This document shows, piece after piece, positions 8,680 through 18,994 of a stretch of DNA of 64,000 nt (position 1 is the stretch's first letter; the number at the start of each line of letters is the position of its first letter). The position numbers were made by a program, and so were the translations under genes. The notes under the pieces were generated by a model that saw nothing but the letters and a program-made list of their open reading frames with translations, ran no database searches and was not told the origin of the DNA. Source of the DNA: Desulfobacteraceae bacterium (lineage in GTDB: Bacteria > Desulfobacterota > Desulfobacteria > Desulfobacterales > Desulfosalsimonadaceae); assembly GCA_011390465.1 (NCBI GenBank), contig JAABSH010000014.1, positions 5,549-69,548 on the forward strand. Direction: 5' to 3'.

Positions 8680-11600
8680 ATGTTAGCTCACACCGCATCC
8701 CTTTTTGCAAAGATTTTCCGTTTTCAAGGGATATTTTCTAAAAATACCCTCGCGCAAACGAGTGCCGGTGATGAGACACCGTTGCGGGCGGAGTTGTTCA
8801 GCGCCTCTCAGATGAAGGAACACGGTAAATTTCTCGCAGAGTCGCATATTTTGAGCGAGGAATACACCCCGGAGCGGTTGCTGAAAAGACTTGCCGAAAA
8901 CGAGAATGTCCTTCTTGAAGTTCGTGATCTGTTGCTTACGGTTGTAAAAGAAAACCGAAGAGTTATGCCGGCAGGGGAATGGCTGCTCGACAACTTCTAT
9001 CTTGTCGAGGAACAGATTCGGACGGCCAGACGGCTTTTGCCGAAAGGCTACGCCAGGGGACTTCCCCGCCTCAAAAACGGCCCATCAAAAGGACTTCCCC
9101 GGGTTTACGACATATCCCTTGAGGTCATTTCCCACGGCGATGGCTGGGTGGATCCGGAGAGTCTTGAAAGTTTTGTTGCCGCCTATCAAACGGTAACAAC
9201 ATTGCGTCTGGGCGAATTATGGGCAATTCCCATCATGTTGCGCCTGGCCCTGATTGAAAATCTCAGACGGGTTGCGGCGCGGGTGGCCATTGACCGGAAT
9301 GACCGGAACCTGGCCGATTATTGGGCGGACAAGATTACTGAAACAGCGGAAAAAGATCCGAAAAGTCTGATTCTGACCATTGCCGACATGGCCCGGTCAA
9401 CCCCGCCCATGACCAGCTCTTTTGTTGCCGAGCTTTCCCGTCGCCTCCAGGGGCAGGGCGCTTCTCTGGCGTTGCCCCTGACCTGGCTTGAACAGCAGCT
9501 GTCAGAGTCTTTTTTAACCATCGGCCAACTGGTGCGGGCGGAGAATCACCAGCAGGCGGCAGATCAGCTTTCCATCAGCAACAGCATCGGAAGCCTGCGT
9601 TTTCTGAGCGGCATGGACTGGCGAAAGTTTGTCGATACCATGAGCGCTGTTGAAAAAACCTTGCGCGAGGATCCTGCCGGAATCTATGACCGGATGGATT
9701 TCATCACCCGTGATCAATACCGCCACATTGTGGAGGCCGTTGCCAGGAAGAGCAAACGCGCTGAATTCGAAGTGGCCCGCGAAGCCATTGAGTTGTCCCT
9801 TCAAAGTGCCGCCGGAAAAAATGGCAGCGGCAACCGGGAAACCCATGTGGGCTTTTTTCTTGTTGACAAAGGGCTTCCCCGGCTTGAACGACGTGTGAAG
9901 GTCCGGTCAACCGCCATGGACATGCTTCGAAGAACCGGCCGCCGGTTTCCGCTATCGCTGTATCTTGGCACAATTCTGATATTTTCAGGCATCTTTTGCT
10001 TCAGCCTGCTGATGGGTATCGCTTCAGCCCCCACGGAAGGCCCTTTATTCTGGTTTGTCGCTGTTCTTTGCCTTTTAGCCGTCAGTCAGCTCGCCATTGC
10101 TCTGGTCAATTTAGTCGCGACCAGCCTGGCCGCACCGCACCCGCTGCCGCGAATGGACTTTTCCAAAGGGATTGCTTCTGAATCCATGACGCTGGTGGTG
10201 GTTCCCACCCTGCTCACAAGCCCGGAAAATATTGGGCAGCTTGCAGATGCACTGGAAGTCCGGTTTCTGGCCAATCGGGACGAAAATCTGCGATTCGGCC
10301 TTCTGACGGATTTTTCAGATGATCCCGAGGAAACCCGCGCCGAAGACGAGCCTCTGGTGTTGCTCGCCCGGCAACGCATTGAGGCCTTGAACCGGAAATA
10401 CGGGGGTGCAGGAGATAATTTTTTTCTGTTTCATCGCCCGCGCATCTGGAATCCCCAGGAACGGATCTGGATGGGCTATGAGCGGAAGCGGGGAAAACTT
10501 GCGGAACTGAATCTGCTTCTCCGCGGCGGTCCGGGAAACGGCTTTTCGCTTATTGTGGGCAATACCGACGTGTTATCAAAAGTGAAATATGTCATCACCC
10601 TGGACACGGATACGGAACTGCCCAGAGACGCCGCCTGGCAGCTCGTCGGCGCAATGGCCCATCCCTTGAATCGTCCTCAGTTTGATGCGGACAAAGGGAA
10701 AGTCGTTTCCGGATACGGGATTTTGCAGCCCCAGGTGGCCGTCAGCCTGCCCGGATCGAACCGGTCCCGGTATGCCCGCTTGTTCGGGAGCGATGCCGGC
10801 ATTGATCCCTACACCCGTGTTGTCTCCGATGTTTATCAGGATATTTTTGGAGAAGGGTCCTTCATCGGCAAGGGAATTTATGATGTTGACGCTTTTGAAC
10901 AGGCCCTTAAAGGCCGTTTTCCCGAGAACCTGATCCTCAGCCACGATCTGATTGAAGGCTGCTATGCGCGCTCCGGGTTCATCAGCGATGTGCTGCTGTA
11001 TGAAGCATATCCCTCAACTTACAGCGCGGATGTGAGCCGGCGCCGGCGCTGGATTCGGGGAGATTGGCAGATTCTGCGGTGGCTCTTCCCGCGTACGCCC
11101 GGTCTCAATGGAAAGTCCCGAAAAAATCCTGTCTCTGCCCTAGGCCGATGGAAACTCTTTGACAACCTCCGGCGCAGCCTTTTGCCTGCCGCATTGTTCC
11201 TGTTGCTCCTGGTCGGCTGGACGGTATTGTCTTCTCCCTGGATCTCTACTGCCGCGATCATCGGTATCGTGCTGCTGCCTTCTTTGATTGCCTCCCTCAT
11301 GGGCATTCTCCACAAGCCCGGCGACGCAATGATACGCCGCCATCTCGCCGCTGCAATCCGTGCATCGGGCAAAAGTGCCATTCAGTCACTATTTGCACTG
11401 GTCTGTTTGCCTTATGAGGCTTTTTTCAGCCTTGCCGCCATTTCCCGCACGTTATGGCGGATGGTGATTTCGGGCAAAGGCCTTCTGGAGTGGAATCCGC
11501 CGGAAGAGGCCCATCAAACGCCCAGCTCCGAAGTGGCCCAGGCCTGCCGGCGCATGTGCATAGCTCCGCTCATTGCGCTGATCACCGCGGGCTATCTTGC

Positions 11601-14600
11601 TTATGCCCGGCCGGTGGCTCTGCTGGCCGCTCTGCCGGTTTTGATTCTCTGGTTTATGTCTCCATTGATCGCCGGGTGGATCAGCATGCCCCTTTGTCCC
11701 CGGAAAGTAAGGCTGAATGCGGACCAGCTTGTTTTTTTGAGAAAGCTGTCCCGAAAAACATGGGCTTTTTTCGAGACCTTTGTGGGTCCGGCCGATCATT
11801 TTCTGCCGCCGGACAATTATCAGGAATCGCCGGCCCCGGTGGTGGCGCACCGCACATCACCTACCAATATCGGGTTTTCGCTTCTCGCGAATTTATCAGC
11901 CTGTGATTTCGGCTACATTTCCGCCCAACAATTCGTGGATCGCACGGCAAACGCCCTCCAGTCCATGGAAATGCTGGAGCGGCACCGGGGCCATTTTTAC
12001 AACTGGTACGATACGGAGTCTTTGAACCCGCTGTTGCCCATGTATGTTTCATCCGTTGACAGCGGAAACCTTGCCGCATGCCTTCTGACCTTGAGAGTTG
12101 GATTGCTCGAACTCTGTGACGAAAAGCTGCTGGGGAAAAGACTGTTTGAAGGCCTTGCCGACACCGCCATGGTGCTGCTGGATGTTGCGGGGAAACCCAC
12201 ACCCGCGGTACTTGCAAAATTTATAAAAGAGCTGGAATCCATAAAATTTTCCAAAGCACCGTCCGGCGCGGAGATTCCATCCGACCGACCGTCTGCTTTG
12301 ACACCCCTTTTCGCTGTAAGAGGCCGTCTTGAAACGCTCAAGGACTCTGCCGGTGAAGTACGCCTTTATTTTGAGACCGATCCTGAAAGCGACGCTGCAT
12401 GGTGGGCGCGGACGCTTGCGGAACAATGCCGGGCCGCTATCAGTGAATTGACCCTGATGGCGCCCTGGGCCGGATCGTTGCCCAAGGGGAAGATTCGTGA
12501 TGCGTTTCCCCACCTTACGGAGATCCCAACGCTGAGACAAACGGCCTGTCTTGATGATACTGTCCTGCCCCTTATCGCGGAACAGCGCAGGCTGAACATG
12601 GCGCCGGACAATCAACAACATCTTGATAATATAAGCAATCAAATCAAAACTGCCGGCCGGCACGCACGGGAAAGAATGGCCCTTCTGGAAGACCTGGCAC
12701 GCCGCGCCGGAGATCTTGCCCGCGACATGGAATTTAATTTTTTGTATGACAAAACGCGTCATCTTCTGTCCATCGGATACAATGTCAGCGAAGGGCGAAG
12801 AGACGAAAGCTTTTATGACCTGCTTGCTTCTGAGGCGAGACTTGCCAGTTTTGTCGCCATTGCCCAGGGACAACTGCCCCAGGAAAACTGGTTTGCCCTG
12901 GGCCGTCTGCTCACCATTGCCGGCGGAGAACCGATTCTTCTTTCCTGGAGCGGTTCCATGTTTGAATACCTGATGCCGCTTCTGGTGATGCCGACCTATG
13001 ATCAGACCCTTCTCAACCAGACTTGCAGGGCAGCTGTGGCCCGGCAGATGGACTACGGGAAGAAGCGCGGCGTGCCATGGGGAATTTCAGAATCGAGTTA
13101 CAATATGACCGATAGTCATCTTAACTACCAGTATAAAGCCTTTGGGGTGCCCGGTTTGGGTCTCAAGCGAGGGCTTGCCGCGGATCTGGTGGTTGCCCCA
13201 TATGCCTCGGCACTGGCGCTTATGGTGGCGCCGGAAGCTGCCTGCCGGAACCTTGAAGATTTGGATGATCAGGGGTTTCAGGGCAAATACGGTTTTTATG
13301 AAGCCATTGACTACACTCCCACCCACCTGCCCCGGGGCCGGTCAAATGCGGTGGTTCGGTCTTTCATGGCCCATCATCAGGGGATGAGTTTTCTGTCTCT
13401 TGCCTGTCTGCTGCTCGACCGGCCCATGCAGAAACGCTTTGTATCGGATCCCATGTTTCAGGCGACCGTCCTGCTGCTTCAGGAGCGGCTGCCGAAAGCC
13501 ACGGCTTTTTACGCTCAAACAGCGGGAATTTCCGAGGTTCTTACGGATTCGCACCCCCTGGAAAACCCGGTCCGGGTTTATACCACGCCCCATACCCCGG
13601 TACCGGAGGTGCAGCTCCTGTCCAACGGCCGGTATCATGTGATGATCACCAACGCCGGCGGCGGTTACAGCCGGTGGAACGATTTGGCGCTCACCCGCTG
13701 GCGTGAAGACAGCACCTGCGACAACTGGGGCGCTTTCTGCTATATCCGCGACACGGCAAGCGGTGTCTTCTGGTCAACGGCCTATCAGCCGACACTCAAA
13801 GCATCCAAACAGTATGAGGCGATATTTTCCGAAGGCCGGGCGGAATTTCGCCGCCGGGACGAAGACATCGACACCCATACGGAGATCGCTGTTTCACCCG
13901 AGGATGATATTGAGCTGCGCCGGATCACCCTTACCAACCGGTCGAAAACGCTCAGAACCATTGAAATTACCAGCTATGCGGAAATCGTTCTGGCGCCTGC
14001 CGCGGCAGATACGCTTCATCCGGCGTTCAGCAATCTTTTTGTTCAAACCGAGATCATCAGATCCCAGAGCGCGATCATCGCCACCCGCAGGCCCCGTTCC
14101 GGTGAGGAGCAGCCGCCCTGGATGTTTCATTCAATGACGGCGCACGACGCCAAGATAAGGGGTGAGTTGTCCTATGAAACGGACCGCGCGCAGTTTATCG
14201 GCCGGGGGAACGCGCTGACGGCCCCCAACGCTATGCAGACACCTCTTCTTTCCGGGGCTGAAGGCTCTGTCCTTGATCCGATTGTGGCCATTCGATGTCA
14301 AATGATTCTCGATCCGGGCGCCTCGGCAACGGTCAATATCGTCACCGGCGCAGGCAAAACCAGAGGTGTGTGTACAAGGCTTGTGGAAAAATACAAGGAC
14401 CGCCATCTTGCCGACCGCGTGTTTGAGCTGGCATGGACCCATAGCCAGGTGCTTTTGCAGCAAATCAACGCAACGGAGGCTGACGCGCAGCTCTACGGAC
14501 GACTGGCAGCCGTCATTCTCTACGCCAATTCCAAGCTTCGCGCCGGCTCCCGTCTTCTTATCCAGAATCTCCGGGGTCAATCCGGGCTTTGGGGATATTC

Positions 14601-17535
14601 CATCTCCGGCGATCTTCCCATTGTGCTGCTTCGGATTGAGGATCAGGCGAATATCACGCTGGCCCGCCAGCTCATCCAGGCCCATGCATACTGGCGTCTG
14701 AAAGGACTGGCCGTTGACCTGGTGGTCTGGAATGAAGACCATGCCGGATACCGGCAAGTTCTGCACGACAAGATCATGGGGCTTATTGCCGCGGGCGTTG
14801 AGATCAACCTGGCGGATCGGCCCGGTGGGGTTTTTGTGAGGAGCGCCGACCAGATTGCGGAAGAAGACCGTATTCTTTTTCAGGGAGTGGCACGCGCCAT
14901 TATCCGCGACAGCCGGGGAACCCTTGCAGACCAGATGAATTACCGAAGCCGCGCCGAGCCTATCGTTCCGGAGCTTGAAACCACAAAAACCCGCCGGACC
15001 CTTCCGACGAAGGTTCAGGCCATGCCGCGCCCGGACCTGAAGTTTTTTAACGGAATCGGCGGATTCACACCGGATGGCCGGGAATATGTCATTTCAACCA
15101 GCAGCGGGCAGGTGACACCGGCCCCGTGGGTCAATGTACTGGCCAACCCTGAATTCGGCACCGTGGTTTCGGAAACCGGATCAGCCTATACATGGTGTGA
15201 GAATGCCCATGAATTCCGCCTCACCCCCTGGAGCAATGACCCGGTCAGTGATCCGGGCGGAGAGGCGTTCTACCTTCGCGACGAGGAACGCGGATATTTC
15301 TGGTCTCCCATGCCGTATCCGTCCCGGGGCGCGACCCCCTATGTCACCCGGCACGGATTCGGCTACACCGTGTTCGAGCACACGGAGATTGGCATCAAAT
15401 CGGAGGCATGGGTATACGTGGCCATGGATGGACCCGTCAAATTTACCGTACTTAAGGTGCGCAACCAATCCGGCCGGGCCCGGCGGCTTTCTGCAAGCGG
15501 ATTCGCGGAGTGGGTGCTGGGGGATGTCCGGCCCAAAACGGTCATGCACATCGTTACCGAAATCGATCTGCAAAGCGGTGCGGTTTTTGCGCACAACCCC
15601 TACAACGCCGAATTCGGCAACCGGGTCGCCTTTTTTAACGTGGACCATGCCACCCGGACGGTGAGCGCGGACAGAACCGAGTTTATTGGCCGTAACGGCA
15701 CCCTTGCTTTTCCCGCCGCCATGAACCGGACTCGACTTTCCGGCCGGGTGGGGGCTGCGCTTGATCCCTGCGCAGCCATTCATGTGGCCTTTGATCTTGA
15801 GCACGGAGAAGAGCGGGAGATGATTTTCACCCTCGGGACCGGTCGGGATGCGGACGACGCCAAAAGTATCGCCCGCCGTTTTCGCGATTCGGCAACGGCC
15901 CGGCAGTCGCTTGAAGGGGTTTGGCGGTACTGGCGTCATACCCTCGGTGCCGTCCAGGTGGAAACCCCCGACCCGGCCGTCAATCTCCTCACCAATGGCT
16001 GGCTCCTGTACCAGACAATCTCCTGCCGCCTCTGGGGGCGCAGCGGTTATTACCAGTCCGGAGGCGCTTTTGGTTTCCGCGACCAGTTGCAGGACACCAT
16101 GAGTCTTATTTATGCGGAACCGCACCTGGTGCGTGCCCACCTGCTTGTCTGCGCGAGCCGCCAGTTTTCCGAAGGGGATGTTCAGCATTGGTGGCACCCA
16201 CCGGCAGGCAGGGGGATACGCTCGCACTGCTCTGATGATTTTCTCTGGCTCCCGCTGGCAGTCTGCCGCTATGTTCTAACTACCGGCGATACCGGGGTTC
16301 TGGACGAACCGGTTTCCTTTATCAAGGGCCGGCAGGTGAGTCCTGATGAAGAATCTTATTATGATCTTCCTGTCCGGTCCGGGGAAACCGCCAGCCTCTA
16401 TGACCATTGTGTGCGGGCAATCCTTAACGGTTTCCGCTTCGGCGAACACGGCCTTCCCCTGATCGGTTCCGGCGACTGGAATGACGGCATGAACAGGGTG
16501 GGGCAGGAAGGCAAAGGCGAGAGTGTGTGGCTGGCGTTTTTTATGTGTGATGTGCTCATCCGGTTCGCGGGTATCGCCCGGATGCGCGGCGACATGGATT
16601 TTGGCAAACAATGCGACAGCGAGGTGAACCGGCTGAGACGCAGCATTGAACTGCACGGCTGGGACGGCCAGTGGTACCTTCGGGCGTTTTTCGATAACGG
16701 CACCCCCATCGGTTCTGCAAAGAATGCGGAATGCCGGATTGATTCCATTGCGCAAAGCTGGGCCGTTCTTTCGGGGGTGGGGGACGCGGATCATTCACAA
16801 ATGGCCATGGAATCGGTGGATAAATACCTGGTTCGCCGGGACGACGCCTTGATCCAGCTGCTGGACCCTCCCTTTGGGTCATCAAAGGATACCTCAAAAA
16901 ATCAATCACGAGATCAATCAAAGGATCATTCAAATCTGAATCCGGGTTACATCAAGGGCTATGTCCCGGGTGTGAGGGAAAACGGCGGACAGTACACCCA
17001 CGGCGCCATCTGGGCGGCCATGGCCTTTGCCGCACTCGGTGACAGCCGCCGTGCATGGGAATTACTTGCGCTGATGAATCCGATCAATCACGGGAACACG
17101 GCTCTGGCAATCGAAAAATATAAAGTCGAGCCCTACGTCATGGCGGCGGATGTCTATGCTGTGCAGCCGCACACAGGCCGGGGCGGATGGACATGGTACA
17201 CGGGATCGGCTGCATGGATGTACCGCCTGATTGTGGAATCGCTCCTGGGCCTTAAGCTGGAAACGGACCGGTTGTCTTTTGCGCCCTGCCTTCCCGACCA
17301 CTGGGATGGGTTCACCGTGCACTATCGCTTTCGTGAAACCATCTATCACATCACGGTAAACCAGAAACAGGGAGGGGAAGAAGAAGAGGGGCAATACCTC
17401 ACAACGACGATTACAGTGGATGCGGTGGTGCAATCGGGAAATACGGTCGCGCTGGTTGATGATGGACAGGAACATGGCGTGGAAATCGTGGTGGAGCGGG
17501 GGATGGTGGAAAGGAGAAAGGCAAAAAGCAGGTGA
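8680..17535 (+). CDS. ndvB: cyclic beta-1,2-glucan synthase (NdvB/ChvB/Cgs-like; glycosyltransferase plus GH94 phosphorylase-like region)
   Basis: 2951-aa single ORF. N-terminal PLRAELFSASQMKEHGKFLAESH resembles the conserved Cgs N-terminus. There are multiple TM segments around aa 460-540 and 830-1000, and C-terminal GH94-like motifs (GGAFGFRDQLQD, GDWNDGMN, RENGGQYTHGA). The ORF opens at 8578; ATG 8680 is preferred. Confidence 0.85.
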   Translation: MLAHTASLFAKIFRFQGIFSKNTLAQTSAGDETPLRAELFSASQMKEHGKFLAESHILSEEYTPERLLKRLAENENVLLEVRDLLLTVVKENRRVMPAGEWLLDNFYLVEEQIRTARRLLPKGYARGLPRLKNGPSKGLPRVYDISLEVISHGDGWVDPESLESFVAAYQTVTTLRLGELWAIPIMLRLALIENLRRVAARVAIDRNDRNLADYWADKITETAEKDPKSLILTIADMARSTPPMTSSFVAELSRRLQGQGASLALPLTWLEQQLSESFLTIGQLVRAENHQQAADQLSISNSIGSLRFLSGMDWRKFVDTMSAVEKTLREDPAGIYDRMDFITRDQYRHIVEAVARKSKRAEFEVAREAIELSLQSAAGKNGSGNRETHVGFFLVDKGLPRLERRVKVRSTAMDMLRRTGRRFPLSLYLGTILIFSGIFCFSLLMGIASAPTEGPLFWFVAVLCLLAVSQLAIALVNLVATSLAAPHPLPRMDFSKGIASESMTLVVVPTLLTSPENIGQLADALEVRFLANRDENLRFGLLTDFSDDPEETRAEDEPLVLLARQRIEALNRKYGGAGDNFFLFHRPRIWNPQERIWMGYERKRGKLAELNLLLRGGPGNGFSLIVGNTDVLSKVKYVITLDTDTELPRDAAWQLVGAMAHPLNRPQFDADKGKVVSGYGILQPQVAVSLPGSNRSRYARLFGSDAGIDPYTRVVSDVYQDIFGEGSFIGKGIYDVDAFEQALKGRFPENLILSHDLIEGCYARSGFISDVLLYEAYPSTYSADVSRRRRWIRGDWQILRWLFPRTPGLNGKSRKNPVSALGRWKLFDNLRRSLLPAALFLLLLVGWTVLSSPWISTAAIIGIVLLPSLIASLMGILHKPGDAMIRRHLAAAIRASGKSAIQSLFALVCLPYEAFFSLAAISRTLWRMVISGKGLLEWNPPEEAHQTPSSEVAQACRRMCIAPLIALITAGYLAYARPVALLAALPVLILWFMSPLIAGWISMPLCPRKVRLNADQLVFLRKLSRKTWAFFETFVGPADHFLPPDNYQESPAPVVAHRTSPTNIGFSLLANLSACDFGYISAQQFVDRTANALQSMEMLERHRGHFYNWYDTESLNPLLPMYVSSVDSGNLAACLLTLRVGLLELCDEKLLGKRLFEGLADTAMVLLDVAGKPTPAVLAKFIKELESIKFSKAPSGAEIPSDRPSALTPLFAVRGRLETLKDSAGEVRLYFETDPESDAAWWARTLAEQCRAAISELTLMAPWAGSLPKGKIRDAFPHLTEIPTLRQTACLDDTVLPLIAEQRRLNMAPDNQQHLDNISNQIKTAGRHARERMALLEDLARRAGDLARDMEFNFLYDKTRHLLSIGYNVSEGRRDESFYDLLASEARLASFVAIAQGQLPQENWFALGRLLTIAGGEPILLSWSGSMFEYLMPLLVMPTYDQTLLNQTCRAAVARQMDYGKKRGVPWGISESSYNMTDSHLNYQYKAFGVPGLGLKRGLAADLVVAPYASALALMVAPEAACRNLEDLDDQGFQGKYGFYEAIDYTPTHLPRGRSNAVVRSFMAHHQGMSFLSLACLLLDRPMQKRFVSDPMFQATVLLLQERLPKATAFYAQTAGISEVLTDSHPLENPVRVYTTPHTPVPEVQLLSNGRYHVMITNAGGGYSRWNDLALTRWREDSTCDNWGAFCYIRDTASGVFWSTAYQPTLKASKQYEAIFSEGRAEFRRRDEDIDTHTEIAVSPEDDIELRRITLTNRSKTLRTIEITSYAEIVLAPAAADTLHPAFSNLFVQTEIIRSQSAIIATRRPRSGEEQPPWMFHSMTAHDAKIRGELSYETDRAQFIGRGNALTAPNAMQTPLLSGAEGSVLDPIVAIRCQMILDPGASATVNIVTGAGKTRGVCTRLVEKYKDRHLADRVFELAWTHSQVLLQQINATEADAQLYGRLAAVILYANSKLRAGSRLLIQNLRGQSGLWGYSISGDLPIVLLRIEDQANITLARQLIQAHAYWRLKGLAVDLVVWNEDHAGYRQVLHDKIMGLIAAGVEINLADRPGGVFVRSADQIAEEDRILFQGVARAIIRDSRGTLADQMNYRSRAEPIVPELETTKTRRTLPTKVQAMPRPDLKFFNGIGGFTPDGREYVISTSSGQVTPAPWVNVLANPEFGTVVSETGSAYTWCENAHEFRLTPWSNDPVSDPGGEAFYLRDEERGYFWSPMPYPSRGATPYVTRHGFGYTVFEHTEIGIKSEAWVYVAMDGPVKFTVLKVRNQSGRARRLSASGFAEWVLGDVRPKTVMHIVTEIDLQSGAVFAHNPYNAEFGNRVAFFNVDHATRTVSADRTEFIGRNGTLAFPAAMNRTRLSGRVGAALDPCAAIHVAFDLEHGEEREMIFTLGTGRDADDAKSIARRFRDSATARQSLEGVWRYWRHTLGAVQVETPDPAVNLLTNGWLLYQTISCRLWGRSGYYQSGGAFGFRDQLQDTMSLIYAEPHLVRAHLLVCASRQFSEGDVQHWWHPPAGRGIRSHCSDDFLWLPLAVCRYVLTTGDTGVLDEPVSFIKGRQVSPDEESYYDLPVRSGETASLYDHCVRAILNGFRFGEHGLPLIGSGDWNDGMNRVGQEGKGESVWLAFFMCDVLIRFAGIARMRGDMDFGKQCDSEVNRLRRSIELHGWDGQWYLRAFFDNGTPIGSAKNAECRIDSIAQSWAVLSGVGDADHSQMAMESVDKYLVRRDDALIQLLDPPFGSSKDTSKNQSRDQSKDHSNLNPGYIKGYVPGVRENGGQYTHGAIWAAMAFAALGDSRRAWELLALMNPINHGNTALAIEKYKVEPYVMAADVYAVQPHTGRGGWTWYTGSAAWMYRLIVESLLGLKLETDRLSFAPCLPDHWDGFTVHYRFRETIYHITVNQKQGGEEEEGQYLTTTITVDAVVQSGNTVALVDDGQEHGVEIVVERGMVERRKAKSR

Positions 17536-17583
17536 TCGGGACAAAGGGTTTAACCAAAAAACATACAGCGGAAAGGAAATGTC

Positions 17584-17862
17584 ATGCCAAATAACCTGGA
17601 ATCCAAAAGCATCGAGCAGTTGATGGCTGAGGCCGATGAGCTCATCCGCCGGATTCATTCCGATGCCATTAATGACATGGAAGAGGCGCAGCGTGTGGAA
17701 TTTGAAAAACACGCTCAAAAATTTAAAAATATCCAATCCGAGATCCAGGGCAAGGCCGGAGAGACGGAGATATCGGAACAAACATCCGGCGCCGATGGCA
17801 TGCACACCGCGATTTTAGAGATTGTGAAGGCTTTTCAGGAGTTAAAAAACAAGTTTTTCTGA
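17584..17862 (+). CDS. hypothetical acidic helical protein
   Basis: 92-aa ORF with a ggaaagg RBS-like sequence upstream. No recognisable motif. Confidence 0.4.
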   Translation: MPNNLESKSIEQLMAEADELIRRIHSDAINDMEEAQRVEFEKHAQKFKNIQSEIQGKAGETEISEQTSGADGMHTAILEIVKAFQELKNKFF

Positions 17863-17917
17863 TTGGACGCCATTGATGATTGGTTTACTTTTTTTGAATA
17901 ATCAATAAGAATGGAGT

Positions 17918-18014
17918 CGTAAAAAGTCGGATTCCGGCATCCAGAATATTTTGAAATCAAAGGATTACCGTTTTTTCGGGAAAGACGAGGGGAAACAATT
18001 TCCGACTTTTTACG
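17918..18014. repeat. inverted-repeat element (14-bp perfect arms cgtaaaaagtcgga / tccgactttttacg)
   Basis: Arms at 17918..17931 and 18001..18014. A second element with the same cgtaaaaagtc arms is at 40222..40370. Confidence 0.6.
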
Positions 18015-18045
18015 AAACGGTTAATAAATACGCAAGGAGGACAAG

Positions 18046-18156
18046 ATGGGCGACAAGGGTAAAAAAGATAAAGGCAAACGCGAAGATCAAAAACAAAGCC
18101 AGCACACATTAAAAGAAAAGCGAAAGCAAAAAAAAGACAAAAGCAAATCAAATTAA
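18046..18156 (+). CDS. possible 36-aa lysine-rich peptide
   Basis: My translation is MGDKGKKDKGKREDQKQSQHTLKEKRKQKKDKSKSN. aggagg sits 5 nt upstream. Low complexity, so it may not be a real gene. Confidence 0.3.
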   Translation: MGDKGKKDKGKREDQKQSQHTLKEKRKQKKDKSKSN

Positions 18157-18192
18157 CCTGCCGGATAAATTAAAAAATCTGGGCCATCGCAA

Positions 18193-18579
18193 TTACCTGA
18201 GAACTTCAATTGAATATTGGCTGAACCTGCTGTCATGCGTGACAACAGGAAGACGGTTTAAAATGGCCGTGGCAATAATAATCCTGTCGGCCGGGTTTTT
18301 GTGAATAAGCGGGAGGGAAGCTGAGAATAATGCTATTTTACCGGTTATCGGTATTTCAACAAGGTCGTGGACAGAAAGGACTTTTTCATACCACTTTTCT
18401 GCATCCATGGGCAGTTCGAGTTTTTTTATGGCTGCTTTGCATCCGATTTCCAATGCGGTTGCGGCACTTACATAAACAATATCGGCTTTTTCAATTAATT
18501 TCAATGTGTCTTCCGAAATCGAGCCGCCGCCGTTTACAAGCCAGATTAACCCAAAGGTGTCCAGCATTATTGCAGACAT
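18193..18579 (-). CDS. vapC: type II toxin VapC (PIN-domain ribonuclease)
   Basis: PIN acidic residues in the expected order (MLDT, ALEIG, NPADRIIIATA, THDSRF). Overlaps the upstream antitoxin gene by 13 nt. Confidence 0.85.
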   Translation of the reverse strand: MSAIMLDTFGLIWLVNGGGSISEDTLKLIEKADIVYVSAATALEIGCKAAIKKLELPMDAEKWYEKVLSVHDLVEIPITGKIALFSASLPLIHKNPADRIIIATAILNRLPVVTHDSRFSQYSIEVLR

Positions 18580-18794
18580 TCAAAGTCTCCGCTCATATCA
18601 TCGTCAAAAAGGTCCCCATTGATACCAACATGGAGTTCGGGAGCGCCTTTTAACCGGTTTTTGGCCTTGTGTGCCACAATTTCAGCAACCGGTTTTCCAT
18701 TACGGCATATCAGATAAGATGTGTTTTTTGTTTCAATATCGGATATCAGTTTGGAAAGTTTATTTTTGGCATCAAAGATATTTATCACTTCCAT
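18567..18794 (-). CDS. type II antitoxin (Phd/YefM-like) partner of VapC
   Basis: MEVINIFDAKNKLSKLISDIE... is a typical Phd/YefM N-terminus. ggagagg sits 6 nt upstream of ATG 18794, so the upstream ATG at 18815 is less likely. Confidence 0.8.
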   Translation of the reverse strand: MEVINIFDAKNKLSKLISDIETKNTSYLICRNGKPVAEIVAHKAKNRLKGAPELHVGINGDLFDDDMSGDFECLQ

Positions 18795-18962
18795 ACAACA
18801 CCTCTCCTGGATCATATGTTATTCGATACTTTTGAATGTTAGCTTAGCTGGCTTATCCATGATTGTCAACTCATTGTTGGGGATTGGCCGGTTTTACTGT
18901 CATTGCTTGGGTAGTGGAAATGAAAAAAGCGGAATTATGGTGGTACAAACTGACTTAAAAGC

Positions 18963-18994
18963 AAAAAAGGGTTTACGCTTAATGACGTAAACCC
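18963..18994 (-). terminator. orphaned ancestral tRNA-Lys terminator
   Basis: Perfect 9-bp stem gggtttacg / cgtaaaccc, followed on the minus strand by a T-run. It lies just downstream of the tRNA 3' fragment. Confidence 0.45.

Noticed and set aside
12049-17805. Long antisense ORFs inside and after ndvB (12049..12873, 14131..14766, 15181..16227, 16276..16794, 17062..17805)
   Set aside because: They lie opposite a strongly supported 2951-aa gene. Their composition is Arg/Gly/Pro-rich with no motifs, as expected from codon-bias-driven open antisense frames.
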